Source of the DNA: Candidatus Eremiobacteria bacterium
GTDB lineage: Bacteria; Vulcanimicrobiota; Vulcanimicrobiia; Vulcanimicrobiales; Vulcanimicrobiaceae
Assembly: GCA_963737065.1 (NCBI GenBank)
Contig: CAVTRC010000001.1
Span: 1,472,001 to 1,536,000 of the forward strand
Direction of reading: 5' to 3'
DNA length: 64,000 nt
Position 1 is the first letter of the stretch. Each line of letters begins with the position of its first letter. Below, piece after piece: positions 10,047-19,691 of this stretch. The position numbers and the translations under genes are program-made. The notes under the pieces were generated by a model. It was not told the origin of the DNA. It made no database searches and was given only the letters and a program-made list of their open reading frames with translations.

Positions 10047-11243
10047 ATGTTGGCAGTGCACGATAAACGGATTGCGGACGCGGTTGCTCGCTTAGGTGCG
10101 GAGAACGCATTCCAAGTGTTAGCACGCGCCCGAGAGATTGAGGCGACGGGTCGTCGTGTCGTCCACATGGAGATCGGTGAACCCGATTTCGATACGCCGA
10201 AGCACATCAAAGACGCCGCGGTCGCCTCGCTGATGGCGCACGACACCCACTACACGCCGTCGGCAGGTATCATGCAACTGCGCGAAACGATCGCTGATTA
10301 CGCGACGCGATTTCGCAAAATGCCGAAGCCGTACACGCATGCCAACGTCACCGTCGCACCGGGTGCGAAACCGATCATCTGGAATATTTTGAGTGCGATC
10401 CTCAATCCAGGTGACGACTTCATCTACTTCGATCCCGCGTATCCGGCATACGGGTCAGCGTCGTCGTATCTGCAGGCAAACGTCACCCGCATCCCGCTGC
10501 GCGAATCGCGTGACTGGCGGATGGATCTCGACGAACTGGCCAGTCGCGTGAGCCATCACACGAAAGCCATAGTGATCAACTCGCCGCATAATCCGACCGG
10601 CGGCGTTCTGCTGCGCGAAGATCTCGAACGCATCGCCGAGCTTGCACAGAAATACGATTTCCTCGTCATCGCCGACGAAATCTATAGCCGCAACTTTTAC
10701 CTCGATACCGAATTCATCTCGATCGCGTCGCTACCCGGCATGCAAGACCGTACGATCGTCGTTGACGGCTTCTCAAAAGCGTATGCGATGACCGGATGGC
10801 GTCTCGGCTATGCAATCATGCCGGAAGACATCTGCAAGATCGTCACGCTCTTCAATAACAACACATTCAGCTGCGTTGCGACGTTCGTGCAAAAGGCCGG
10901 CGTCGCGGCGCTCACAGGCGATGACGCGCCGGTGCGTGAGATGAACGAAATTTTCCGTACGCGGCGCGACAAATTGGTCAAAGGCCTCAACGAGATTCCG
11001 AGCATGAGCTGTACGCTGCCCGAAGGCGCGTTCTACGCGTTCCCCAACGTCAAACAAATCACGAAGAACGATCGGGCACTAGCGAGCTTCCTCTTAGAAG
11101 AAGGCGGCATCGCGTGCGGCGGCGGCTCCTCTTTCGGCCCCGCCGGTGAAGGCTATCTTCGCTTCTCCTACGCCGCCTCGCTCGATGACATCGACTACGC
11201 GCTCTCGCAAATCCGCGCCGTGTTGCCGAAGTTCAACGGCTAA
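10047..11243 (+). CDS. PLP-dependent class I/II aminotransferase (aspartate aminotransferase-like)
   Basis: GEPDFDTP, NSPHNPTG, ADEIY, GFSKAYAMTGWRLG motifs. Confidence 0.93.
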   Translation: MLAVHDKRIADAVARLGAENAFQVLARAREIEATGRRVVHMEIGEPDFDTPKHIKDAAVASLMAHDTHYTPSAGIMQLRETIADYATRFRKMPKPYTHANVTVAPGAKPIIWNILSAILNPGDDFIYFDPAYPAYGSASSYLQANVTRIPLRESRDWRMDLDELASRVSHHTKAIVINSPHNPTGGVLLREDLERIAELAQKYDFLVIADEIYSRNFYLDTEFISIASLPGMQDRTIVVDGFSKAYAMTGWRLGYAIMPEDICKIVTLFNNNTFSCVATFVQKAGVAALTGDDAPVREMNEIFRTRRDKLVKGLNEIPSMSCTLPEGAFYAFPNVKQITKNDRALASFLLEEGGIACGGGSSFGPAGEGYLRFSYAASLDDIDYALSQIRAVLPKFNG

Positions 11244-11290
11244 CGCCGATCATCCGAAGCGAGGCGGCGGAAGCGCAGAATTGAAGGGCG

Positions 11291-11325
11291 AAGGGCCGCA
11301 TCGCAAGAGATGCGGTCCTTTGCAT
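11291..11325 (+). terminator. Probable intrinsic terminator hairpin
   Basis: AAGGGCCGCATC-gcaaga-GATGCGGTCCTT stem followed by a T-rich tail; overlaps the ATG of the next ORF. Confidence 0.55.
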
Positions 11326-11642
11326 TCTTCCTTATCTGCGCGGCGCTCGTTCTCGCTCTCGCACCACTGCGAGTCTGGGCAGTCGTGCGATTGATGACGC
11401 ACTATCGCACGGACGAGTATCTTTCAAATGCGCGCGCGCGCCGGCTGTATGTCTTTCACATGGCGGCCGGCATCGCGACCGTAGCGCTCATTGCCATCGC
11501 CGCGTACACGTCGCACGTTTGGTGGGTCGACGTCGCCGCGTGGCTGTTTTGCGCATTCGCCCTGTACCGCACCGGGACGAAACTTCGGATGCGGCTCGAC
11601 GGCAGCTATCGCGAGTTTTACAAAAGCATCCAGTGGCGGTAA
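11310..11642 (+). CDS. Hypothetical small membrane protein (about 3 TM)
   Basis: Hydrophobic segments; fills the gap and converges on the next gene. Confidence 0.6.
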   Translation: MRSFAFFLICAALVLALAPLRVWAVVRLMTHYRTDEYLSNARARRLYVFHMAAGIATVALIAIAAYTSHVWWVDVAAWLFCAFALYRTGTKLRMRLDGSYREFYKSIQWR

Positions 11643-11647
11643 CGCGC

Positions 11648-12286
11648 TTACGGTTTCGAGGCGGGATTCTCCCAAGCGAACGCGCCGTTCGGATTCGGTT
11701 TCACCCACACGATGAGATCCCAGATCGTCGGAAACTCGAAGATCGTCACAACATCGCTCGCGCTCTTGACTTTGCCAAGTTTTACGAGCGTTGCCGGCGA
11801 GGGACTCGTGAGCGAGCCTCCGGCCGCAACCCAGTCTTTATTCCACACCCATTGATCGTATTTCATCGCGCCGCTCGCATCTTTGCTGACGTAGTGCACG
11901 TGGCCGTTCAGTTCGACCCAGCGGCCCGGATCGACGCCCCATAATGTCGGGCGCGGCTCATTGTTCGGGCGCAGTACCGAGAAATCGGCGCCGAGTAAGT
12001 CGCCGTTCTTGTCGTACCAGAGCTGGCTCGGATGTGATTGGTCGGACGACCACTGTTTGTTGGCATAACTGATCGCACCGGTGTCATCGGGCGCGGTGTA
12101 TCGCACGTACCCCGCCTTCACCGCGTCGCTGACGTTCGGATAGCGGCGGGTGAGGTCTTGCTGCACTTGCTGAACGAACTGCGTCTCGCTCAACGTCAGC
12201 GGACCGGTGTTGGTCGGGCCCTCATCGGCTCGTGCGACGGTCACAAATGCAAACATCGCAATAAACGCCAGCGCGGCAAAACGCAT
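11648..12286 (-). CDS. Secreted hypothetical protein
   Basis: Signal peptide MRFAALAFIAMFAFVTVARA; motifs DAVKAGY, P.QLWYDKNG.LLGADF, W...PNPNGAF. Confidence 0.75.
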   Translation of the reverse strand: MRFAALAFIAMFAFVTVARADEGPTNTGPLTLSETQFVQQVQQDLTRRYPNVSDAVKAGYVRYTAPDDTGAISYANKQWSSDQSHPSQLWYDKNGDLLGADFSVLRPNNEPRPTLWGVDPGRWVELNGHVHYVSKDASGAMKYDQWVWNKDWVAAGGSLTSPSPATLVKLGKVKSASDVVTIFEFPTIWDLIVWVKPNPNGAFAWENPASKP

Positions 12287-12354
12287 CTTCACGATCGAAT
12301 CCCTCCTAAGCCGTAGCATTTCTGATATCGAAGCAGCGCGCGAGGATGTGACCG

Positions 12355-13995
12355 TTACTGCGTGCGCGTAAAAATCAGCGATCGTAATCCCCGGCCCGCG
12401 CTTAACGTAAAGCCGGTAATCGCGCCGGCCGAGTCACGGGTGAAGCGAATCAAAAACCCAGCATCGGACGTGAACGTGTCCACCATTTGCGGCTGCAACT
12501 TTCCGGCAGCTCCTTGCGGCAAATAGCGGCCGGGTTCCAGCGATAGTGTTCGATCGCTTGCGCGCAGCTGCCACGTTACGTCAAGCTCCGGGCTGTAGTA
12601 CGTTCCGGTTGCGCCGCTCAACCGTGTGCCGGTTGCAGTCACCGGCGCGAATTTGCGCGCAAATGAAGCATCGTCACCGCTGCCGATGCGCATTCCCCTC
12701 ACGTTGCCGTCATTCGTCGTCAGAAATGTGACGGGCGTCGAGCCGACGCGGAACGACGATCCGCCGGTAGCGACAAGCGGATATTCCGTTCCGCCGAGCG
12801 CGAGCATAACGCTCGACCCGCGAACCGCAACGCGAAACACCTCGGCGCCTGCTTCATCAAAGTATGAGCCTGCCAATGCGCTTGCCGTAACGGTCCTCTT
12901 GCCGCGACGCGCCGCCGCTGAGCTCGGCGCTTTCACGCGCTGCAGGTACGGTGCGAGGACGATATCCTCGACCTGTTGCGCCAGCGATTCCGGCGAAGCG
13001 GCGTCGGAATTGCACAGCACGACGACCGACGTGTGAACGCTGGGAAAGCGGTCGAACGCCGCGCGGTACCCGATCCATGCGCCGCCGTGCGAAACGGAAT
13101 GAAGCCCACGGTAGTCGCCGATGAAGAGTCCGCGCGCGTAGTGCAGCGCCGTCCCGTTGTTCAGATGACCCGGCGTCTGCAGTTGCTTGATGAGTTCGGC
13201 GCCGCCGACTTTCGGATGATAAAAGTTCTCATCCCACTTTGCCGCGTCATCAATTGAGATCTGAACGCCGCCGTCACCGGTTTGCTGCCAGTTCGACATG
13301 CTGTTCTTAAAGCGGCCGCCCGGTGTGGGTGCGTATCCCATCGCGCGGTTAGGAATGAGCATCGCGTAGTCGGTGCGGTACAGGGTGTGCGTCATGCCGA
13401 GCGGCTGAAAGATATTGCGGCTCACGTATTGCGAGAGCGTTTGTCCGGTGACGCGTTTGACGATCGCGGAAAGCAGGAAGTAGTTCGTGTTCGAGTATTC
13501 GTATCGCGTGCCGCTCGCAAACTCAAGATGCCGCTGACGGACGATCAGCGAGAGCGCATCTTCATCGGTCGTCGCTTCTTCCAGCCGGTGGCCGGCGAGA
13601 TCGAGCAGATCGGTATAGTCGCGCAAGCCGCTCGTGTGCCACATCAATTCGTTTAGCGTTATGGGGGCGCCGTAGTCCGGAAGCTCGGGGATAAATTTGT
13701 GGATGTCGTCGGTGAACCGCAGTTTGCCTCTATCGACCAGCATCGTGATCGCAGCCGCGGCAAATTGCTTGGAAACCGATCCGACGTCAAAAACCGATTC
13801 GGGCGTTATGCGGACATTGCGTTCGAGATCGGCCATTCCGTAGCCGCGCGCGTACGCAACGGCACCGTTACGCAAAACGCCGAGCGCGCAGCCCGGCGTC
13901 ACTGAAGTGTAGCTCTTGAACACGCCGTCGATGCGAACGCGCTGCGGAGCTTGCAGTGCGGTTGAGAGCGCAAAAACGAGGCCGAACGGCAACAT
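12355..13995 (-). CDS. Serine hydrolase, beta-lactamase class C / PBP-like family, with C-terminal extension
   Basis: F.VGSVSKQF (SxxK), LMWHTSG, YSN and HGG motifs. Confidence 0.9.
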   Translation of the reverse strand: MLPFGLVFALSTALQAPQRVRIDGVFKSYTSVTPGCALGVLRNGAVAYARGYGMADLERNVRITPESVFDVGSVSKQFAAAAITMLVDRGKLRFTDDIHKFIPELPDYGAPITLNELMWHTSGLRDYTDLLDLAGHRLEEATTDEDALSLIVRQRHLEFASGTRYEYSNTNYFLLSAIVKRVTGQTLSQYVSRNIFQPLGMTHTLYRTDYAMLIPNRAMGYAPTPGGRFKNSMSNWQQTGDGGVQISIDDAAKWDENFYHPKVGGAELIKQLQTPGHLNNGTALHYARGLFIGDYRGLHSVSHGGAWIGYRAAFDRFPSVHTSVVVLCNSDAASPESLAQQVEDIVLAPYLQRVKAPSSAAARRGKRTVTASALAGSYFDEAGAEVFRVAVRGSSVMLALGGTEYPLVATGGSSFRVGSTPVTFLTTNDGNVRGMRIGSGDDASFARKFAPVTATGTRLSGATGTYYSPELDVTWQLRASDRTLSLEPGRYLPQGAAGKLQPQMVDTFTSDAGFLIRFTRDSAGAITGFTLSAGRGLRSLIFTRTQ

Positions 13996-14130
13996 GGCGA
14001 GATTTCGCGTTCCACGCTGTAATTTTGCCGCCCTTTCTCAGGCGACGCTAATGATCGTGTGCGCGTCGGCGTCTATGCTTGGAAAGCGGATCCGACTTAC
14101 ACGCTTTTATCAACATGAGGACCACGAGCA

Positions 14131-15300
14131 ATGCGCACTCCCGTATTCCTTGCACTATCAGCAACGCTCGCGCTTACCGCCTGCGGCGGGGGTAGCGGCG
14201 GCACGTCGAGCGGCGGAAACGCGCCGATACCAAATCCGACATCGGGCGGCGGACTCTCGTCGCAGGCGCAAGCCGAAACCGCAATCACGGTTGCGAATTC
14301 TCTCGGCGACCCGGTAAAAAACGTCACGAATTTCAACAATGCCGTATCCGGCGCATCGGCCGTCATGCGAGGCGGACAAGTCATCGCCATGACGGGCGGC
14401 GCGGGCGAATGCACGAACGGAATTGAATTTTTCGCGCCCGATAAGAATAACGATCCGAACTCGACCGAAGCGCAGTACTTCTACGACAGCGGATGCACGG
14501 AGCTCGCTCGTGACATCGTGCGAATTTTCGCCGTCAACGGCACCTCGGAGACCGTAAACCGAACGGAAAAACAGTACGCGATCGACAACTCCTCGCCGAC
14601 CGCGCAGCGCACGAGCACGGTGGCTTTTATCAACGGCAGCTACAACGTCGACGGGTTCCCCAACGTTGCGCACGGCTTCGATCGCTCAGCAACGAGCGAA
14701 CTCGACATCAGCGGCGCGAAAACGCTGCTGAACGACGACGAACTCGTGATGCTTGCGGGCAGCAACGGCGTCAACGCATACTGCTCGGATACCGCCGGCT
14801 ATAACGCGACCGGAATCCCGTCGCTAAACGAAACGTTCGGCAGTGAAGGCGGCACCTCGAGCGGCACGCGCACCGTGAACACGGATGGCTCGGTCACGTG
14901 GCAATCGACGAACAGCGGTACCGCCTATAAAGGCGCGATCGGGTCGTTCGCGATCAACATCGGTTCAGCGAATACCGCGTGCCCGATCGCGGCGCCCGAG
15001 TACACGCTCTCGGGCGGCACGCCCGTGGGAACGTATTCCGTTCCGGTGAGCGCCACATTCAGCCGCGGTTTGCTGACGAACCTTACCGTGACAAACGCGC
15101 AATTGGCGAACGGCAATACGCTCAACGTATCGACGAACGGCGGCGTCCAACCGCAGAACAGCCAGTTCATCACCGGGACGATCGGCAACAACGGCACACA
15201 AATCGCAACGTTTGCGGTAGACGCGTTCGGCGACGGAACGCTCACGGTGACGCGCAGCGGAGCACAATACGTCATGAGTGACTGGCACGTCGTGAAGTAA
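14131..15300 (+). CDS. Beta-rich Gly/Thr/Asn-rich lipoprotein of unknown function
   Basis: Lipobox LTAC followed by a GGGSGG linker; GAGG RBS upstream. Confidence 0.8.
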   Translation: MRTPVFLALSATLALTACGGGSGGTSSGGNAPIPNPTSGGGLSSQAQAETAITVANSLGDPVKNVTNFNNAVSGASAVMRGGQVIAMTGGAGECTNGIEFFAPDKNNDPNSTEAQYFYDSGCTELARDIVRIFAVNGTSETVNRTEKQYAIDNSSPTAQRTSTVAFINGSYNVDGFPNVAHGFDRSATSELDISGAKTLLNDDELVMLAGSNGVNAYCSDTAGYNATGIPSLNETFGSEGGTSSGTRTVNTDGSVTWQSTNSGTAYKGAIGSFAINIGSANTACPIAAPEYTLSGGTPVGTYSVPVSATFSRGLLTNLTVTNAQLANGNTLNVSTNGGVQPQNSQFITGTIGNNGTQIATFAVDAFGDGTLTVTRSGAQYVMSDWHVVK

Positions 15301-15321
15301 GCGAGCCGCTTCGATCGCAAC

Positions 15322-15354
15322 GAAAAGCCCGCCGGGTTAACGCGCGGGCTTTTC
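15322..15354. terminator. Bidirectional intrinsic terminator
   Basis: GAAAAGCCCGC...GCGGGCTTTTC inverted repeat between convergent genes. Confidence 0.85.
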
Positions 15355-15372
15355 ATACGACAGCGCGCGGCA

Positions 15373-16389
15373 TTACAGCAGCTTCATCGCGCGTTTCACA
15401 TCGAGCATCACGGACGAAGCAATCTCGCGCGTGCGCGCCGTGCCGTCTTCGATGATCGCGTCGACCTGCGAGGGATCTTGGCGAAACGTGGTAAGGCGTT
15501 CGCGGATCGGACGCAGATACGCGTTGAGTTGTTCCGCGAAGTCGGTTTTATCCGCGACGCACCCGAGCGCACCGCTCCGGCATCCCGCCGCCACCGCGTC
15601 GAGCTTGAGCGGATTCACGAACTTCCACATCGCGAAGACCGGGCAAATCTCCGGCCGGCCGGGATCGCCTCTGCGCACTTTTTGCGGATCGGTGATCATG
15701 GAACGAACTTTCTTCGTCGTCGTTTCTTCGTCGTCCGCGATGAGAATGGCGTTGTTGTAGGATTTCGACATCTTGCGGCCGTCGATGCCCGGCACTTCGG
15801 CGAAATCGGTCAGCGTCGCTTGCGGCTCGATGAGCACGTCTTGGCCCTCGCCGTACACATGATTGAACCGGCGCACGACCTCGCGCGCAAATTCCAAGTG
15901 CGCGACTTGATCGCGACCGACCGGCACGCGTTCACCGCGCACGATCGCCACGTCGCACACCTGCAGCAGCGGATATCCGAGAAAACCGTATGTCGCGACA
16001 TGCGAACCGAGTTCTTCGATTTGGCCTTTCCACGTCGGAACACGTTCGAGCCACGAGACCGGCGTGATCATCGAGAGCAATGTGTGCAATTCCGCAATCT
16101 CCGGGACGGCGGATTGCAAGAAGATCGTCGCCTTCTTCGGGTCCACGCCGGCCGCAAGCCAGACTGCCACCATGTCGTTGCGCGCATCGCGAATCGTCTG
16201 CGGATCTTGATAACCGGTCGTGAACGCGTGCAGATCGGCGATTTCAAAGTACGCGTCCGCCGTGTCGCAAAATGCGCTCCACTGTGTCAGCACGCCCATG
16301 AGATGGCCGAGGTGCAGGCCACCCGTCGGCCGCATGCCCGACATCACGCGTGGCTTGGCGGACGTCGTCATCGAGCTAATGGTCGTCAT
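15373..16389 (-). CDS. trpS: Tryptophan--tRNA ligase
   Basis: SGMRPTG.LHLGH, GYPLLQ..D, VPVGRDQ and KMSKS motifs; start placed at ATG 16389. Confidence 0.95.
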   Translation of the reverse strand: MTTISSMTTSAKPRVMSGMRPTGGLHLGHLMGVLTQWSAFCDTADAYFEIADLHAFTTGYQDPQTIRDARNDMVAVWLAAGVDPKKATIFLQSAVPEIAELHTLLSMITPVSWLERVPTWKGQIEELGSHVATYGFLGYPLLQVCDVAIVRGERVPVGRDQVAHLEFAREVVRRFNHVYGEGQDVLIEPQATLTDFAEVPGIDGRKMSKSYNNAILIADDEETTTKKVRSMITDPQKVRRGDPGRPEICPVFAMWKFVNPLKLDAVAAGCRSGALGCVADKTDFAEQLNAYLRPIRERLTTFRQDPSQVDAIIEDGTARTREIASSVMLDVKRAMKLL

Positions 16390-16399
16390 TATCCCGCCG

Positions 16400-17158
16400 C
16401 TAATACGCCACCGATAGGCCGCCGAACTCCCGCGCACTCGCAATCTTGCGACGCACGAATGCCCGCGCGAAGCGCACCGCATCGGTGAGCGCGTCCCCTT
16501 GGGCGAGCGCGCAGGCAAGCGCCATCGCAAGCAAACATCCGGTACCGCGTAATTCGCCCTCGACGCGCGATCCGTCGAAGAGCTCCACGTCGTCTCGTGT
16601 CGCGAGCGCATCGACGGGATTTCCCGGCAAATGTCCGCCTTTGAGCAACACCGCACGGCAGCCGAACTGCTGCACATCGCGCGCGGCTTGCGCGATCGAA
16701 TCGCGATCGATCTCGCGTCCGCCCAGAAGGCGTTGCGCTTCCGGAATATTCGGCGTCGCGATCACGCTCGGAAGCGTGAGCAATGCGTCACGAAGCGCGA
16801 CGATCGTGTCGCCGTCCACAAACGTTCCGCCACGCGAGGCGCGAAAGACGGTGTCGACGACGATCGGCAGATCGTAATAGCGCCGCAGCCCTTCGCTCAC
16901 GATCGCGACGATTTCCACGGACGGAAGCGCACCGACACGCACGGCCGCGATCTCCGACGGATGCGCCGTCTCGAATTGCGCCCGAATAATATCGGCGGAA
17001 AGTGTTTCGACGGCATGCAGCCCGTGTTCGTCTTGCGCCGTCACGGCCGTCCGTACCGTGATGCTGCGGACGCCGAGTTCGTGGGCGACGAACATGTCGA
17101 GGCCGACACCCGCGATGTTCCACGGATGCGTTGTGCCGATCGACAGAACCGTCGTCAT
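16400..17158 (-). CDS. thiD: Hydroxymethylpyrimidine/phosphomethylpyrimidine kinase (divergent)
   Basis: TAVTAQ, ATPNIPEA, LLKGGH and RGTGC motifs; adjacent to thiE. Confidence 0.85.
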   Translation of the reverse strand: MTTVLSIGTTHPWNIAGVGLDMFVAHELGVRSITVRTAVTAQDEHGLHAVETLSADIIRAQFETAHPSEIAAVRVGALPSVEIVAIVSEGLRRYYDLPIVVDTVFRASRGGTFVDGDTIVALRDALLTLPSVIATPNIPEAQRLLGGREIDRDSIAQAARDVQQFGCRAVLLKGGHLPGNPVDALATRDDVELFDGSRVEGELRGTGCLLAMALACALAQGDALTDAVRFARAFVRRKIASAREFGGLSVAY

Positions 17159-17228
17159 TCCACGTTACTCAAGCAGGACACTTGGGGATTCGAGTATACC
17201 GGCACACGACGAAAACGAACATACGGCG

Positions 17229-17870
17229 TCAACGTTCGCCGGCGGCGCGCCATAGGTCGACGAGCTCACGTGTCGCGCACTCGGGGTCTGCCGCGGCGGA
17301 AATGGCCGAAATGACGGCCGCCATCCCGACGCCCGTCTCGCGTACGGCGGCGACGTTGCGCGCCGTGATCCCGCCGATCGCCGCGACGGGCATCGTCGCG
17401 ACCTCCGCGACACGGCGCAATCCATCGACGCCGATCGGTTCGCCGGCGTCGGTCTTCGATGCGGTCAAATATACCGAGCCGACGCCGATGTAGTCGGCGC
17501 CGAGACGATTCGCAATGCGCGCCTCTTCAACAGTACCGCATGAAAGTCCGATGATTCGCGCACCGATCGTCGCGCGCACCGGCGCGAGATCGACGAAGCC
17601 GTCGTCGTCAGGGCCCAAATGCACGCCGTCGCAGTCAAATTCCGCGACCGCACGCCAATCGTCGTTCACGATCAGCAGGGCTCCGACGTGCGAGGTCATG
17701 TCGCGAAGCGCGCGTAGATGGCCTGACACGATGCCATGTTTCGCGCGGTATTGCACGATGTGCACGCCGGCATCGAGCGTCGCGCGAGCGAGCCGCAGCA
17801 CGTCATCGTCTTCGTTGAGGATCGCGTAGATGCCGCGCAAGCGGCTTACGCGCGCGGCATCCGTCGCCAC
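17229..17870 (-). CDS. thiE: Thiamine-phosphate synthase
   Basis: VQYRAK, IVNDD, GVHLG.DD, ADYIGVG and AIGGI motifs. Confidence 0.93.
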   Translation of the reverse strand: MATDAARVSRLRGIYAILNEDDDVLRLARATLDAGVHIVQYRAKHGIVSGHLRALRDMTSHVGALLIVNDDWRAVAEFDCDGVHLGPDDDGFVDLAPVRATIGARIIGLSCGTVEEARIANRLGADYIGVGSVYLTASKTDAGEPIGVDGLRRVAEVATMPVAAIGGITARNVAAVRETGVGMAAVISAISAAADPECATRELVDLWRAAGER

Positions 17871-18022
17871 AACACGATATTTGCGATCAAATACAGAACG
17901 AACGCGATGCTGATACCGACGGCAATGACCATGTTATGGCGCTGCACGGCAAGCGGCACGATCAGTGCGAAACAGATCACGCCGAACATCACCACAGTCA
18001 TAATACGGGTGAATGGAATCAT
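17846..18022 (-). CDS. 58-aa two-TM small protein (not in the ORF track)
   Basis: Manual translation MIPFTRIMTVVMFGVICFALIVPLAVQRHNMVIAVGISIAFVLYLIANIVLWRRMPRA; ATGA overlap with the parB stop. Confidence 0.7.
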   Translation of the reverse strand: MIPFTRIMTVVMFGVICFALIVPLAVQRHNMVIAVGISIAFVLYLIANIVLWRRMPRA

Positions 18023-18888
18023 TCTTGAATATCGAGCAACAGATCGCCCAGGCGCATGAATTCGTTGTCGTTCGTGAAACGAAACTCGATGCGGCCGCCG
18101 CGTCCGCTGCGCACGACCGCGACGTGGGTGCCAAACCGCGCGCGCAGCCGCGATTCAAAGTCATGCTCTTCGGGCGAAAGCTCGCGCGCCCGCGGAACTT
18201 TTTGCGCGTTCGGCGTCTCGACCGCACCGGTGAGACGCTCGAGCGCGCGAACCGACAAACCTTCGTTCACGGCGCGTTGTGCAAGTTGGATCCGTTGATC
18301 CGCAGGCGCTGCAAGCAATGCGCGGGCATGCCCCGCCGAGAGGCGACCGTCGGCGAGCATCGCTTTAATCGCGTCCGGTAACTGCAGCAAGCGTAGGCCG
18401 TTGGCGATAACCGGGCGGCTCTTACCGAGGCGCTGCGCAACTTCGTCTTGCGTGAGGCCGTACTCTTCGACCAAGTACGAGAATCCCGCCGCCTCTTCCA
18501 ACGGGTTCAAGTTCTCGCGTTGCAAGTTTTCGATGATCGCAACTTCAAGCGAATCGCGATCGTCGGCCTCGCGTACGATAGCGGGAATCGTGTTTTTGCG
18601 CAATGCCGCGCACGCACGCCAGCGACGCTCACCCGCAACCAGCTCGTACTTCTCACCGCGCTTGCGCACGATGATCGGCACGAGCACGCCGTACACGGCG
18701 ATCGAGGCTTGCAATTCGTCAAGCGACGCTCGATCGAACGTTGTGCGCGGCTGATGTGGGTTCGGCGTAATCGCCGCGACCGGAAGATCGCGCAGCGTTT
18801 CACGCGGCGCAGGCGCAGTCGGTACCGGGACATCACCGAGCAGCGCGCCGAGTCCTTTGCCGAGTCCGCGTTTCGGCGCTTGACTCAC
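18019..18888 (-). CDS. parB: Chromosome partitioning protein ParB/Spo0J
   Basis: GLGKGLGALL, PNPHQPR, GERRWRA, ENLQRENL and HTH motifs. Confidence 0.96.
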   Translation of the reverse strand: MSQAPKRGLGKGLGALLGDVPVPTAPAPRETLRDLPVAAITPNPHQPRTTFDRASLDELQASIAVYGVLVPIIVRKRGEKYELVAGERRWRACAALRKNTIPAIVREADDRDSLEVAIIENLQRENLNPLEEAAGFSYLVEEYGLTQDEVAQRLGKSRPVIANGLRLLQLPDAIKAMLADGRLSAGHARALLAAPADQRIQLAQRAVNEGLSVRALERLTGAVETPNAQKVPRARELSPEEHDFESRLRARFGTHVAVVRSGRGGRIEFRFTNDNEFMRLGDLLLDIQE

Positions 18889-19673
18889 GCGCCGTGTCCG
18901 ACGGCATGAGCGTTCTCCGGCGCGAGCACTTCGCGTGCGAGCGAAAGGTACGCTTGCGCGCCGCGGCTCTTGACGTCAAAAAGAATGACGGGCTTGCCGA
19001 ATGACGGCGCTTCCGAAAGCCGGATATTCCGTGGAATCTGCGTTTTGAACATTTGCTCCGGAAAGAATTTTTCGAGTTCGTCGAGCACTTCCATCGCCAG
19101 TCGCGTGCGCCCGTCGAACATCGTAACGAGCACACCGCTCACGTGAAGCGTAGGATTGAGCGCTTCGCGCACGCGGCGCACGACCGCGGTGAGCTGAGAC
19201 AGTCCTTCGAGTGCGTAGTATTCCGCCTGCACCGGAATGATGAGTTCTTCTGCGGCGGTGAGCGCATTGATCGTCAGCAGCCCGAGCGACGGTGGACAGT
19301 CTATCAACACGAAATCGAATCGCGACGCGACCGGCGCGAGCGCTTGACGCAATCGCGTTTCGCGTGAAAGCGCGGAAACGAGTTCGATCTCTGCGCCGGC
19401 AAGATTGATCGTTGCGGGGACGAGCAGCAGACTGTCGAGTTCCGTGCGCTGTGCGACGTCATCGATCGTCGCATCCTGCATCAATACGTTGTACACGTCG
19501 TGAGCGAGCGCGTGTTTCTCGATGCCGAAGCCGGTCGTCGTATTGCCTTGCGGATCGCAGTCGACGACGAGTACTTTGCGCCCTTGCACCGCGAGCGCGG
19601 CACCGAGATTTACGGCCGTCGTGCTTTTCCCGACGCCGCCTTTCTGATTGACGAGGGCGATGATTCGACTCAA
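18885..19673 (-). CDS. parA: Chromosome partitioning ATPase ParA/Soj
   Basis: NQKGGVGKST, DCDPQGN, IDCPPSLG and EAPSFG motifs. Confidence 0.96.
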   Translation of the reverse strand: MSRIIALVNQKGGVGKSTTAVNLGAALAVQGRKVLVVDCDPQGNTTTGFGIEKHALAHDVYNVLMQDATIDDVAQRTELDSLLLVPATINLAGAEIELVSALSRETRLRQALAPVASRFDFVLIDCPPSLGLLTINALTAAEELIIPVQAEYYALEGLSQLTAVVRRVREALNPTLHVSGVLVTMFDGRTRLAMEVLDELEKFFPEQMFKTQIPRNIRLSEAPSFGKPVILFDVKSRGAQAYLSLAREVLAPENAHAVGHGA

Positions 19674-19691
19674 ACGGAGATCCTGAAAATG

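Noticed and set aside
9963..10061. N-terminal extension of the 1127-aa ORF
   Set aside because: Overlaps the divergent aminotransferase start; the paralog alignment begins at ATG 9962; it is not a signal peptide
16390..17230. T-box leader for trpS or TPP riboswitch for thiE/thiD
   Set aside because: Spacers are only 10 and about 70 bp and lack the conserved motifs
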